Assembly: GCA_030770535.1 (NCBI GenBank)
Contig: JASVEC010000020.1
Span: 186,001-250,000, forward strand
Direction of reading: 5' to 3'
DNA length: 64,000 bases
Source of the DNA: Batkoa obscura
Lineage: Eukaryota
Positions 13,534 through 26,665 of the stretch are shown here, piece after piece. The position numbers were made by a program, and so were the translations under genes. The notes beneath the pieces are model-generated. The model made no database searches and was not told where the DNA came from. It saw only the letters and a list, made by a program, of their open reading frames with translations. Position 1 is the first letter of the stretch, and each line of letters begins with the position of its first letter.

Positions 13534-14168
13534 ACAGTACAACTTATTATGAAGCTGATAAAATAGCATTTTATAGAATTTTTTTTTCTAATTTCTATTT
13601 AGTATTTTTTTCAATTACTTCCTTTACTGGTATTGTATAACTTTACTATCTTTTTTATAGCTTTTAAATCTTTTGTTCTTTTTGTAAGTTTATAGACTAA
13701 CTTTAAAAACTATTATTGTCTTTTATTTTGGTTTAATTAAATTGACCTTTTTTTAAATCTAATTGCTTTTTTATTATATAAAAAGCTATTAAATAACAGA
13801 AGTGAAATGTATTTTATTTTGTCTATTTTATTTTTTCTGAAATAGTTAATTATTAAGTATAATTTCTATTTTACTAGATCCTTTTGAGTAATGACTCCGT
13901 TCATTAAGTTCACTTTCACTTAAGTCAGCTTTTATTTAAGCTAATGAAGCACTTGGTACTTTGGCATTATTTTAAAAGAATTGTTTTTGTAAATTGGTTA
14001 TCCTTTCAAAAAAAAGGAACATTTTTTTAAAAGTTTATTATAAAAAACATAGGTGCTCTTTATTTATTTTAAATTAAACTAACTAAAAAGTAAACAAAAG
14101 CCTAAAATGTAAAACAATATTAATATGTAAGTTGAAGTTGTAAGGTTTTAGTGTAAATAATAAATAAA

Positions 14169-14265
14169 TGGGGATGTTTTTTTGGCTTCATCTTTTTCCA
14201 TCTTTCAAGCACTATTTGATTTAAAAATTGCTAGTAAAATTCTTAAACACAAAAATGCATCCCCA
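14169..14265 (-). mobile_element. MITE family copy (reverse)
   Basis: TGGGGATGTTTTTTTGGCTTCATC...AAAAATGCATCCCCA. Confidence 0.85.
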
Positions 14266-14734
14266 AATTTCGAATTTGAAACGAAAAAAGTTTTTATATA
14301 TTGAGAGAGCTACCTTTAAAATGTTCAGATAGTCGTTAATATCTCGTATAAAAAAACAGCTTTATTAGATTTTTAAAATAAAGGAGTCAATAGGTCTATT
14401 TGATAAACGTGAAATAAACGGACCGTTTATGGCAAGAACATGGAACCAGAGCTACATTATATTTAGAAACAATTGTGTAAACTTTTATTACAAAATTTAA
14501 AAAATGTCAATGATTTCAAATTCTTTAACTTCTGAATAGAAAATTGTAATTTTACCTAACAAAACAAAGAATTTCGAGGTTTGATTGGTAAAAAAAACAA
14601 TACTGGTAAAAGTAAAAAATTCAAATCACTAGAACAAATCCCTAAATAATAAGCCCGCGTTTAAAATAAGAATTTATAGTAAATAAAATTTTAAAAAGTA
14701 ACATCGAATTTTTTTATAAACTTAAATTAAAACA

Positions 14735-17235
14735 ATGACGGATCCTGAAATTGAACCTCTAAAACCAAAAGAGATACAAAAAGAGCAACATAAAATTAAT
14801 GAGACCCCAATTGATGAGGTTGAAGAGACTAATTATTTAATTGAAAAGGAAGAGGATTTAGAAGACATTAAACAAGAAGATAACGAGTTAGAAGAGTTTG
14901 AAAATTTTCACCAGGATGAATCAACAATTAAAGAAGCAAAAGTAGAAAACAATGAGTTAGATGAGTTTGAAAACTTCCATCAAGATGGGTTGGAGGTTGA
15001 AGAAACAAAAGAGCTAGAAAAAGAAAAGGGGAATAAATTAGAAAGTATAAGATCAAGTTCTAAATTGGGGTCAAAATTATCACCAAAATTAAAAGAAAAG
15101 AAAATCAATGGTAATTTAAAAGCACCATTGCCTAGATCCTTTTCAAATAATATAGCGACTACTCAAGTAACAAAACAAAATGTTTTTAGTGAATTTGAGG
15201 ATCCTATTCAATCTAGTAGTAAAGGTAAAAAATATTACTTTTTGAAATAAGTAACTAATAATTAGGGACGCCAATGGGCTTACCTGACGACTATGACATC
15301 ACGATCTTTCAAGCTGCCCAGAATGGAAATAAAGTAGCATTAGAATATTTAATTGAGAAAGATCCAGGTTTAGTTTGGAAATTAGATGAAGGAAAAGTAA
15401 GTGCTTTACATTGGGCAAGTATTAATAATCGACTTGAGGCCGCCAAATATTTAATAGATCAAGGGGCAGATATTAATATACAAGGTGGCGATCTCAATGC
15501 TACACCATTACATTGGGCATGTCGACAAGGCTTATTAGATATGATGGTGATTTTAATCGAAAGTGGTGCGGATGTCACATTAAAAGATACTCAAGGATTT
15601 AATATTGTCCATCTTTCAATCCATTCATTTAATTTACCTAGTTTAATCTACTCACTTAGTTTTACTCAGATTGAAATTGATGAGCCAGATGCACAAGGAC
15701 ATACGCCTTTAATGTGGGCAGCTTATCAAGGTTTTCCAGCAGCTGTGAAAATTTTACTGAAAAACGGGGCCGATGTTCATAAAAGAGATCAAACTTTGTT
15801 TACACCTTTACATTGGGCAGTCGTTAAAGGTAGTCGAGAAATTATTACTGAACTAATATTAAGCGGTAGTGACTTAAAAGCGACTGATGATCAGGGTAAA
15901 GCACCAAAAGATATAGCCAACAATTCAAAAACTACGGTTGGTTGGGAATTGGCATTAAAATTAGCGAATAGAAGTGCTAAAACTTTAGATAAATTTCATT
16001 TTACTTTATCAGTTAAAAGGACAAAACAATTATTAATTATATTGCCCTTATTGGCTATGCCTCTCTTTTTCTTCACCTTTATAACTCTACCTTGGGCTAT
16101 CGCTATCCTTTTTTTTGTTATTGAATCATTCCTTATATTCAAAGTAATTTTACAATATGTTATGAGTATTACTTTACCAAAAATATCATTGAATGAAACA
16201 CCAATGTTAGCTAGTGTCTTTCTGACCAGTTGTTTAATTGTATTTGTAAATTATTTTAATAATTTATTGAAACCAACGTTGAGTGAATTTTTTTATACCA
16301 ATTTTGTATTCTCTTGTACTTTTGCTGCTTCACTTTATTTTTATTTTGATGCCACATTATCAGACCCAGGGTCGATTAAAAAAAATCGGTATATTCGTGA
16401 TAAATCGGGAGTAAGCTTAGTTTAGTTTAATTTTTACATATGTATAAATAACGATTTTAATTAGTTCATACGTAACCTTGCTAAAGTAAATATGTTGAAT
16501 AACCGTCAGTTTTGTACAACATGTATTGTAAGTTTTAATTAATTAATTAATTAATTAATTAACAATTATTCTTAATAATCCCCTCTATAGGTTTCCAGGC
16601 CACCACGTAGTAAGCATTGTAAATTCTGTGACCAATGTGTGCTCAAATTTGACCATCATTGTCCCTGGACATACAATTGCATAGGCTCAAACAATCATCG
16701 CCAGTTTATATTGTTTTTGATTTTATTGCTTGTTGCCATAGGCTATTATGAATATATTGGCTTCCAATACTTATTGATGAATGAACATGTTTATATACCT
16801 GAACAAATCACTTGCTTTTTAACGGAAGAAGTATGTGCCAAATTTCAATTTGATAGTTTTACTTGCTATGGTATGCTTTGGGCATTATTTCAAGCTACCT
16901 GGCTAGTCATTCTTTTATTTTATCAATTATATCTTATTGCCAAAAACCAAACTACAAACGAAAGTTTGAATCATGATAAATATGCATTAGCTTTACCATT
17001 TGCTACTGGAGAAGTTATAACAAATAATGAGCATAACCAAAGTAAAGGATGTATGAAATATTTTATTAAAAGTGGAGAGAACCGAAATCAAAGAGGTAAT
17101 AGTAAGAATAAATATGATAAAGGGCTATTTGGAAATTGTGCTGAGTTTTGGGGTGCAAGTGAAAATTCTAAATTGTTTAGTGAGAATCAAAATACTTATC
17201 AAGAAGTACCTTTACAGGAAATTAATACTAGTTAA
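14735..17235 (+). CDS. AKR1: Ankyrin-repeat DHHC palmitoyltransferase, 4 exons
   Basis: Ankyrin repeats ([39 protein letters not shown]), TM segments, [42 protein letters not shown] motif. Confidence 0.95.
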
Positions 17236-18187
17236 TCTCTTATAAGTCGTTTTTTCAGTTTATAGTTTTTTTAATAATAAAATATTATTTCTTTAATCAT
17301 TATTGCTAATATTTTATGATATGGGCTATTCTATCGAATTTCTAATTTTAAGCTTAATTTGTTGATAATTAAATTCAATTATAGCTTGAATAATAATTAA
17401 TACTTGTTGAATAATTTATTAATTTAACCAAATTAAATCGAATTTTTTATACTATCTTAATATTACTACTATTATATAAAATATAATTTATTATTTTTTC
17501 TTATCTTGATAATTTATTTATAGAAACGCAATTTAAGATTGAATTGATTATTGCGGGTGTTAGTTTACTCCATGTTTTAAAGAAATAGTTATAAAAAATA
17601 ATTTAAATTACAAATAAACTGTGAATAGTTTCTTACATAATACTGCTTTATAAAGTTTCAGGTTTGAATATCTTATAACTATTTGAAGTATTATTAAATA
17701 TTATGTTTTAGTCTAAAATGAGGTGAATTTACATATAAATTGGAATAATAAGGAAAGTTACAATTAATTGGATTTGGATCAGGTGTATAAAGTTATCTTA
17801 CAAAAAAACCCTATTTTAAAGCATAAAACAAAAGCATAAAACAAAAGCATAATATGAATAAAAAACTTATGTTTATAATATCACAGTAGTATTCTTAATA
17901 GATAATATAATAAGTTTATAGTATTATTGTGTAAAGAAATTAAAGATATTTGACATTCTTTATTTTATTAAAAACTCATAACTTCATAAATTACTTAAGC
18001 TCACTTGATATTAATATCAGTATCATGTGGATTGAATCATGTTTTATTTCTCCATAGTGAATCTAGAAGCAGATGACCTTGATTGGTTATTAAATCAAAT
18101 GCTTTTTTATCTAATAATTTAAGGTTGATAGTATAAATAATATATAAAGAAAACAGTCATTCTTTTTTTAATAAATTTTTTGAAAAA

Positions 18188-18970
18188 ATGAAAAAGACAG
18201 CTTTTAATTTATTAGATTTCCCAAATGAAATTCTTACTATGATTTTATTGAATTTAGATATCACTAGTTATAACTCACTCTTAAAACTGAATCATCCACG
18301 ATTGTCATGTTTAATTCATACAACTATATCTAAACGATTCCAAAATAGTCAAATCAATATTAAAGTCTATCAAGAAGAGCACTGGTTTATGGATTCCATC
18401 TTTAATTATACAGGATATGATAAAAATTTAAATCAATTGACATTTCAATGTAAGAATGGCAGTGGTATTAAATTATATCGCTTCTTTTATGCATTACTAG
18501 TTAGTAAGCCTATAGCAAATACAATTCATTTTAAAATAAACAATAAATTATATCAAATTGTATTGTACCAGCCAATAAGGTTAAAAACTAAACAAACTGG
18601 AATTAAAGTTAGTCGACCTCTTGATAGTCATTGTAGTTTATTGTATACTGTAGAAGATAATCAAATTATTGAAGAAGAAAGGAATAATGAGTTAGATTCA
18701 CCAGGGATAAGATGGGTTACCCCATTAAGTTTTCATTGTGATTTAGATTTATTTGAGAATATTAAATTAATTAAAGAAGATACAACAAATCAAACAAGAG
18801 TTAACAATGGTTTTATAAGTTTATTTAAAAGGACCATTTTTGATATCAAACAATTATTAAATTTAAACCCAATAGCTGCTCCTACTCCTACTATGTTAAG
18901 CCCAAGGCACTCTGTGAACATTAAACAAACTCGATCTCCTGATAGTCGACCTCCTATTTTTAGTATTTAA
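18188..18970 (+). CDS. F-box-like protein, single exon
   Basis: 260-aa ORF with N-terminal LLDFPNEILTMILLNLD F-box pattern; TATA-like sequence upstream. Confidence 0.7.
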   Translation: MKKTAFNLLDFPNEILTMILLNLDITSYNSLLKLNHPRLSCLIHTTISKRFQNSQINIKVYQEEHWFMDSIFNYTGYDKNLNQLTFQCKNGSGIKLYRFFYALLVSKPIANTIHFKINNKLYQIVLYQPIRLKTKQTGIKVSRPLDSHCSLLYTVEDNQIIEEERNNELDSPGIRWVTPLSFHCDLDLFENIKLIKEDTTNQTRVNNGFISLFKRTIFDIKQLLNLNPIAAPTPTMLSPRHSVNIKQTRSPDSRPPIFSI

Positions 18971-19043
18971 ATGTAATAAATTATATTTATTGTTATTGTT
19001 ATTAATATTAATATTATTAATATTATTAATAATATCGTTTTAA

Positions 19044-20217
19044 TTATGCTGCTATTTTGAAATCATCCCAATCATCTATGAATCATTATTAATTTATTAG
19101 TTATTAAATCATTATATTATAATGTTTACCTTCAGTTATATCATTCCAATATTTAAATAAAGATAATATTGAAAATGTAAAGCAAATGGAATCAAATGGA
19201 GCACCATCCATTAACCCCTTAGATACTAAACATAAGTTTAATCCAGCATAATAATCGATACATTTACCAGCAATCAAAAATACAAATGATATCAATAAAA
19301 AGCCTAAAATATATATTAGTAAATAGTAAATAGTAAATATAATTACATATCAACTTACTTAATGGCTTTCTAGCCGATAATGAACGAATAACCAAAATAA
19401 ATTGTAATATTAAATATAATAAAATAGCTAATATAGGAAAGATTGTGTAAAATATAAAGTAAGCTACATCTTGAATTGAAGTTTCATCTTTTTCATGATC
19501 ATTTAATAAATAAGCTTCTGATTTTAATACGTTAAAACTAGTTAAGCCACTTATTATACCAATAGAGATTAATAATAATGTCTATAGAAAGTTCAATTGT
19601 TAGTTTATTAGTTATTATTATTTTAATATAAAATATTACAATAATTGATGTTTTGCTTCCATCTCTCCAAAATTGAAAGGCTATATAAAAGTATGTTAAT
19701 ACTATTAATACTATTATTAAAACAGACTACTTACCAACCAGGGCATTAAACAATAGAACGAAAGCAGTAGAAGTTGTCCAAGCTAGATAAAAAGAAGAAA
19801 ATTTCTATAAAAATAAATTTACATTAACAATTCAACTAGCAACATAAAATCAAAACCTTACCAGACTAGCAATTGAATCTTGAGGAAACACTTGAGCTCT
19901 TACTAGCATGTGAAAAAAAGATTGAAAACATATAAATAAAAGAAGCAAAATCATTTCCTTTCTTCCAACAGCTGCTTTCTTATGTTTAATCCTTAATAAT
20001 AAGCCTACCATAATAGCTAAACTTATACTCGTGACAATGATATTGACTAATAAATTGAAGATTAGTTGATTGTTTGTGAGTTGAATTGATTGTATATAAT
20101 ACCTAAGTTTTTAGTACCACCTATTGTCTCTAGTTTACAACTCGATTCTAATGTGGGTAGAAACAAATTGCAAATAGCGTAAGAACCCGATTTACATAGG
20201 GTACTATAATTGTCCAT
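19044..20217 (-). CDS. CHS7: Chitin synthase export chaperone (Chs7 family), multi-exon
   Basis: MDNYSTLCKSGSYAICNLF...KKAAVGRKEM...LLFNALVG-FQFWRDGS...MDGAPFDSICFTFSILSLFKYWNDITE-DDWDDFKIAA*; hallmark Chs7 motifs. Confidence 0.9.
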
Positions 20218-21452
20218 GATATTTGTAAAATAATAATAATCAAATATTAAAAGAAATAAAAAGAAATGAAATTCAATAATTGATTATTTTAATTCTCTTT
20301 TTTATTTAATATAATAATTTTTAGTTATTGTTGATACTTTATTGTTTACTTTTCCGTTAATTTAATAATTTAAAATTTAAAAGCAGAAGAATTTTAAGTT
20401 TCATTTGTTTATTTTGATGTATATTAAACTTTTTAATCACAATTTTGGTAAAATTTTATTGTTTTTAATTCTTACTCTTATTACTATTTTTATCATTTGT
20501 AAACTGTATTTCCCATTATATTATTAATATTAAACTTAATATAAATGTGAATGTTTTTATTAAAGATACAAACATTTGATTATTTAACATTTTTACCCTT
20601 CGTTTTTTTTTAAATTGTAAGTTATGAATTTAAATACTACTTACTTTTAAGTTAACTTGAAAATTACCATGTTCACATTGCTTTCTGGTAGTTGAAAGTT
20701 GGTATTATTTTGAAAGTTGGTATTATTTAAAAAAACAGGTTTAGAGTTTAAATTGGCTTGAACTTAATATTGAATTTTTTCCAAGTGTTATTTTTTACAA
20801 AACATACTTTCATCTATTATCAATGATAAGAGCGTTATCATTATCATTGATAATATATACAAGCTCTTTTATAGTTTTTATAAATCAAATGGAGACTACT
20901 GGATAAAATAATTGACATGCTTTACTAACAGTATAAATTCAGTGATAGGTACTTTTTAATTAAACAGCATTGATTGGCCAATTTTAACAGTAGGGTATTA
21001 ACAAATTGTGGGCCTATTTATGCCTAGACCTAACTCCAACCATCTCAATCATGCCCTCAGACCTAACTAAACTCATATTTAGATTGTTTTATAAGATAGA
21101 TTCAACTAGTCAGCGTTAGCCTTTCAAAAGAATGCTCCATTGAGACTTCTCTATATAAGATTTAAGAAACAACAGAGGATTATACGATAGTCGATGCTAA
21201 GTTCGATTGTATTCTTTATACTTGTTTATTGAATCAGATTAAGGAATTTTTAAACTACTTGAAAAAAAAACATCTTTATCACTTATTAAAATCAAACTAA
21301 AGGATATTATATTAAATGATTTTAATAATGAATATAATAAAATATGTTTAATATTTGTATCTGATGATGATAGCTTTAGTGACAAAACTATATAAATTTT
21401 TTTAAATGAATTTAGTTTATAGAATCATTAGTTTATATAATATTTAAATATA

Positions 21453-21551
21453 TAGGGATGTTTTTTTTGATTTCATTACTTTCTATCTTTTAAGCATTCT
21501 TTGAGTGGGAAAATTGTTAGTAAAATCCTTAAACATAAAAATACATCCCTA
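21453..21551 (-). mobile_element. MITE family copy (reverse); a further decayed copy appears to occupy 21552-21627
   Basis: TA-TAGGGATGTTTTTTTTGATTTCATT...AAAATACATCCCTA. Confidence 0.85.
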
Positions 21552-21627
21552 CATCTTTTGGTTTTGTTTATTTTTTAATTGCTGTTGAGTAGAAGAGTTG
21601 TTAATAGAATCTTTGCAAAAAAACATA

Positions 21628-21733
21628 TGGGGATGTTTTTTTGGTTTCATCACTTTTTTCATTTTTTTAAACGCTGTTTAAATGAAAAGAGTGTTCTACT
21701 AATAAAATTCTTGAATGAAGAAATATGTCCCCA
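21628..21733 (-). mobile_element. MITE family copy (reverse)
   Basis: TA-TGGGGATGTTTTTTTGGTTTCATC...AAATATGTCCCCA. Confidence 0.85.
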
Positions 21734-22191
21734 TGTTTATACATTTAAATGCTATCTGAATTCTTTCCAGAAACTAGTTAAAGTTTAAATGAACTTTAAT
21801 AACTGAAATTAAATATTTAGAAAATAAGTGGATCTACTGTTTAAAAAACAAGATAATTGTAATAATTAAAATTGTCTAAATAATGATAAAATATCTAATT
21901 TAACTCGATAACAATAAAACTAAGAGGGGTATTACATTATAAGATTATCAATTTTAACTAAAAATACTTTTTTAATCAACTAATTTACTAATTATTTTGA
22001 TTGCTAATCATTGAATTACCATTTTAACTCTAATATACTACAATGATAAGGTAGTTTGAGGCGCCAACTATAGGTATCTCTATATTAATTTATATATGAA
22101 AGGCAAGATTATCATTTAATATGATAAATAATTAGCATAATAACAGCTATATATTATATTTATCAATAAAGTATCATTAATTCTGTGAATT

Positions 22192-23091
22192 ATGTCTTCC
22201 AATTTTTTTAACACTTTATCACTACTATTGCTTATTAATCCATTTGGACTCATATTTAATACAAATGGGCAGATGCAGCGTCCACCAATTGATGAAGCTA
22301 AAAAAAATGTATTTTATGCCTCTGCAACCTCATGCGATATCACCCAATTAACCCCTTGGAATTGTAAGCCATGTCAAAATGTGCCATCAACTAAATTTAT
22401 AAAAAGCTTTAATGACTCTCTTTTATATACTAACGGTTATATAGCAGTAGACAGTAATACTAATGATATTATCGTAGCCTTCCGTGGATCTAAAAATATA
22501 GTAAATTATCTTGTAGATATATCAACGGTTCCAATCCCTATATCTGAGCCTGAGGCTCCATCATTTTTTAAAGTACATGCTGGATTTTATTTATCAATGA
22601 AGTCTTTATCCCAAGGAATGATAGCTACCTTAACTGAACTATTAGCTCAAGACACTTATAAAGCATCTAAAATTAAATTCATTGGTCATTCTTTAGGTGG
22701 TGCAATGGCTTCTTTGGGCCTATTTACAGTCCAACAAAGCTTAAATCTCCCCTGGAATCGTTTTGAATTGTATACTTATGGTCAACCTAGAACTGGAGAT
22801 ACTGCTTTTGCAAAATGGTATAACCAAAAACCAATTGCTTCTGCTAGATCTGTTAAATATAATGATGACATACCTAACACGCCATTAAGCTTAACTTTTA
22901 ATTATAAACATCATGCAAACGAATTATTTATTGATGATAGAAATATCGAAAACCCTATTCGTTATTGTACTAGCACTAATCAAACTTTAGAAGATCCAGC
23001 ATGTTACAATTCAGTGTCTATTTTCCAACAAAGTTTTGCTAACCATGGAAATTATTTTGGTCAAGATATGACAAGTACTGCTTGTAGTTAA
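22192..23091 (+). CDS. Secreted class 3 lipase (alpha/beta hydrolase)
   Basis: Signal-like N-terminus, IIVAFRGS, VHAGF, nucleophile motif GHSLGG, YTYGQPRTG, DDIP and H near the C-terminus. Confidence 0.92.
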   Translation: MSSNFFNTLSLLLLINPFGLIFNTNGQMQRPPIDEAKKNVFYASATSCDITQLTPWNCKPCQNVPSTKFIKSFNDSLLYTNGYIAVDSNTNDIIVAFRGSKNIVNYLVDISTVPIPISEPEAPSFFKVHAGFYLSMKSLSQGMIATLTELLAQDTYKASKIKFIGHSLGGAMASLGLFTVQQSLNLPWNRFELYTYGQPRTGDTAFAKWYNQKPIASARSVKYNDDIPNTPLSLTFNYKHHANELFIDDRNIENPIRYCTSTNQTLEDPACYNSVSIFQQSFANHGNYFGQDMTSTACS

Positions 23092-23995
23092 TTTGTTACT
23101 TAATAAATCTAGTTATGAAGTAAAATTACATTATTGCTTATAACTTGCTCCTAATTTCTTGTCATTTTGTTTATTGTTTGGGATTTATTCTTTTGAGTCT
23201 TTCTTTTATTATAATATTATTTGATAAAATTTATAAACTATAAATTAAATAGCAAAATCTCTACTTTGAACCTTATAAACTTAAGTTACGAAAAATGCTC
23301 AATTTACAGGGCTGAACAAAACTAATTAAATGATTGAAATTTTTTAGTAAATTAGCAAATGTGCTAATAAAATGGAATAAATGCTCTGGTTAGTGTAGTA
23401 TGAATTATAAAAAATATTTGTTTATTTTGCTATTTTTGATTTAATATAAAGCAAAATCTGTATAACCAATTTCAAGCGGAAAATTTTACAAAACACTTGG
23501 GGCGTAAGCCTTTCATAATATAAAACTAACATTGATGATTTCGACCAGGCTCTTAACCTATCCATGTGATTTATTTGGAATGCCCATGTTTAGCTCTCTG
23601 TTCACTTTTTAGCAGCTTAGTTAAAATTTGGAAAAAATTTTCAAATAAAAAGTATGCCCATTTACTAAGTAAAACAAAATAAGATTTAATTAAACTGATA
23701 TTAGAATCCTTTTCATAAAATGCTAAAAATAAATACTAACTTATTATCATATCCTCCAAAATATGTTTTAGAGGCACGTAAAGTGACAAACTACATTTAA
23801 AAAGTTAAATAGCTTTTCAAATAACTTTTAAACATCTTCGAAACTTCCTAAATATAGAATTTAAGTATCATAATTTTAAAGATGTTTTCCAGCTCAATGA
23901 AAAAAAGTTATATTTAGATTTAAAGTTCAAGCAAAATAATGATATCAAGTTCCATGAAATTAAAATATAATATTAATATCAAACCTGATAATATA

Positions 23996-24071
23996 AAAAG
24001 AAGACAAAAGGAAGACAAAAAGAAAACAAAAAGAAAACAAAAAGAAAACAAAAAGAAAACAAAAAGAAAAC
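23996..24071 (+). repeat. 11-nt tandem repeat (AAAAAGAAAAC), about 7 copies
   Basis: Visible array between a TATAAAA element (~23993) and the ATG at 24090. Confidence 0.85.
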
Positions 24072-24089
24072 AACCTAAGATTATAAACT

Positions 24090-25679
24090 ATGAATGGTTT
24101 TATTAATCTTCTACTACCACTTCTATTAACTATTGAAGTTTATACTTTAAACTGTCCAAAACCTACAGATTCTTGTCAATCAGGCTATTCTAAATTTTTA
24201 TTCAGTGATCCTAAAGCGCCTCAATGTTGGTCCCAATCTTACAATGGCTGGCAATGCAATGTGAAACAAAATGGCAAGTGTAACGAATACAATGGTCAAG
24301 TAGACATTGGAAACTGTAAACAGCCTGTCCTCGAATGTCCAAAAGTGACCGATTACTGTGTAATTGGCGATATTGCTTATGGACCCGATCAATCTTTTGC
24401 ACCAAAATGTTGGTTCAAAACATCTAAAGGCTGGGCTTGTGATGGTAGTGTACCAAAATCATGTGATGCTAATAAAGGTCAAGTGGATGTAACTACATGT
24501 AAATTTGAGCCACGTCCACCAGTATCAGAATGTCCAAAACTTAGTGATTCTTGCTTAGTTGGAGATATTGCTTATCATCCAGATAGTCCAAATGCACCAA
24601 AATGTTGGAAAAAATCACCATCATCTCAATTTGGTTGGTCATGTCGTGGAAATGATAGTGCTACTTGTGATTCATCAAAGGGCGAAGCAAATGTTAAAAG
24701 CTGTAATTCTAATCCACCAATACCACTTAAGCCTGGGTGTCCAAAATATAATGATACTTGTATTATAGGTGATATTGCTTACCTTGCTTTTCAAGATTTT
24801 GCACCAAAATGCTGGTATAAATCTTCAGTTTCTTCTGGTTGGTCTTGCCAAGGAAATTCTGATGCCAAATGTGATGCTTCTAAGGGACAAGTTGATCGTA
24901 AAACTTGCAAATTGACACCACCTACTCCACCAGTACTTGAATGTCCAAAAGCTAGTGAAAGCTGTAAAACTGGTGATATTATTTTCGATGCAAGTAGCCC
25001 AAATGCACCAAAATGTTGGACAAAAACTAACTCAGGATGGAGTTGTGAAGGAAATTCAAATACCAAATGCGATACTTCTAAAGGCCAAGTAGATATTAAA
25101 TCCTGTAACATACCCCTTCCTCCACTTCCTGATTGTCCAAAAGCTATTGACAGTTGCTATGCTGGTACTACTTATTTTAAAGCAAATGATCCAAAAGCAC
25201 CAAAATGTTGGTCGAAATCAACCTTTGGATCCTGGATGTGTTTAAATGGATTGAATGGTAAATGTGATTCTATCATCGGGCAAATCGATATTACTACGTG
25301 TAAAATTACACCACCAAATCCAGTTACCCCAGAATGTCCAACTAAAAATGATTATTGTCGTTATGGTACCTCTATTTTTTATGCAAGTAATCCAAGAGCA
25401 CCTGTTTGTTGGTCAAAATCTGATAATGTATGGAGTTGTACCAATAAAAATGGGCCTTCTTGTCAAAGTAATCAAGCAGAAACATCTCTTTGTTTTGATG
25501 ATCTTTTGAAACCTAAATGCCCAGATACTAATGAGAAATGCTATGATAGTTATGGACGTAGCTATACCCTAAAAGACTATAGTACTCCTAGATGCTGGAC
25601 TAAATCTAGCTACGGATGGAAGTGTAGAAACTCGTATGGTAAATGCGGTATCACTGAAGTTGACGTTAAAACTTGCTAA
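24090..25679 (+). CDS. Secreted cysteine-rich repeat protein (8 repeats with 6 Cys each), family not recognised
   Basis: Signal peptide, then 8 repeats of CPxxxDxC..APKCW..GWxC..C..GQVD..C, mostly joined by Pro-rich linkers; single exon, 529 aa. Confidence 0.9.
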   Translation: MNGFINLLLPLLLTIEVYTLNCPKPTDSCQSGYSKFLFSDPKAPQCWSQSYNGWQCNVKQNGKCNEYNGQVDIGNCKQPVLECPKVTDYCVIGDIAYGPDQSFAPKCWFKTSKGWACDGSVPKSCDANKGQVDVTTCKFEPRPPVSECPKLSDSCLVGDIAYHPDSPNAPKCWKKSPSSQFGWSCRGNDSATCDSSKGEANVKSCNSNPPIPLKPGCPKYNDTCIIGDIAYLAFQDFAPKCWYKSSVSSGWSCQGNSDAKCDASKGQVDRKTCKLTPPTPPVLECPKASESCKTGDIIFDASSPNAPKCWTKTNSGWSCEGNSNTKCDTSKGQVDIKSCNIPLPPLPDCPKAIDSCYAGTTYFKANDPKAPKCWSKSTFGSWMCLNGLNGKCDSIIGQIDITTCKITPPNPVTPECPTKNDYCRYGTSIFYASNPRAPVCWSKSDNVWSCTNKNGPSCQSNQAETSLCFDDLLKPKCPDTNEKCYDSYGRSYTLKDYSTPRCWTKSSYGWKCRNSYGKCGITEVDVKTC

Positions 25680-26506
25680 GAAAGATATTTCTATTTAAAT
25701 AAATAAGTCAGTTTTGTATACCATCTTATATTTAAGTTTTTCTTGGTCAATCTTATTCTTACTGTAATAGCTGTTAATTTTTTTACAAAAGATGTAATAG
25801 TCATCATAACCATTGTTCTGATAAAGTTTTATACTACTTAATACCATTCCAAATGCCATTAGTATGTAGCTCCATTTATATCAAGTTACAGTATCCATAT
25901 CAATGAATTAATTTTAATAGCTAAAAAATACTAGCTCGATGTAATATTTATAATGTTTTGTTATTTTGAACGATTGAATGAAATTTTTATTTTAGTTCCT
26001 AAATTTAAATTACACTTTTTCGATGTGTCTTCTGTAAATTGAAATCATAATAAATAAAGTTAAGCTATTGAACTGGTTTATTTAAATGAAATACTAACTT
26101 GCTTTCTAAAAGGTCTGTCTCGATGGTGAGACAGGGTTCATTTTTTGGTTCTATCAAATTACACAAAAATATACCAAATAATAAAAATCTTATCGTTTAT
26201 TCATTACAATCATCACCTTATATAGACTTTTTCAAATGGATTTCAATTTTATTTTAAATGCTTAAAAGGTTTATCATATATTTAAAAATAGCGATTTTTA
26301 TCTTAGCTCGATAGTACGAAAACCTAATAATGTCAACTTTTCTAAATTGGCATTAATATTGAATAGTAATATTAAATAGTAATATTAAATAGGCCTTTTA
26401 TCTAGTATTTATTATTTGTGATTAAAAATTAAGATCTTGCAAAAATAAGGCTATTTTAAAAAACTAAGTTTATTAAATTCAGATTTAATCAAATTTATTT
26501 AAATAT

Positions 26507-26665
26507 TTAATAATAAGGAATTGTGGGACAGGTGCCTTGTACTGTTTTAGTCACATAGGTAACTGTAGTGCTGGTAACTACTTTGGTAACGTCTTTACAT
26601 GGTCTTCCATAACCTTGGGCAAGAGAGGAGGCAGCAAGTAATACAATGGCGGCTAAGAATTTCAT
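26507..26665 (-). CDS. Small secreted Thr/Val-rich 2-Cys peptide, cassette A (52 aa)
   Basis: MKFLAAIVLLAASSLAQGYGRPCKDVTKVVTSTTVTYVTKTVQGTCPTIPYY*; signal peptide, locally higher GC, TATA box upstream, paralog at 48650 with conserved frame. Confidence 0.88.
   Translation of the reverse strand: MKFLAAIVLLAASSLAQGYGRPCKDVTKVVTSTTVTYVTKTVQGTCPTIPYY

Noticed and set aside
3263..20217. Apparent cluster of secretory-pathway genes (SDF2, SFT2, calnexin, AKR1, CHS7)
   Set aside because: Interspersed with unrelated genes and no convincing shared regulatory motif; compatible with chance.
21579..21788. Short ORFs overlapping MITE copies (also 57743-57925, 60757-61032, 61815-62098)
   Set aside because: Chance ORFs running through non-coding repeats; no protein signature.
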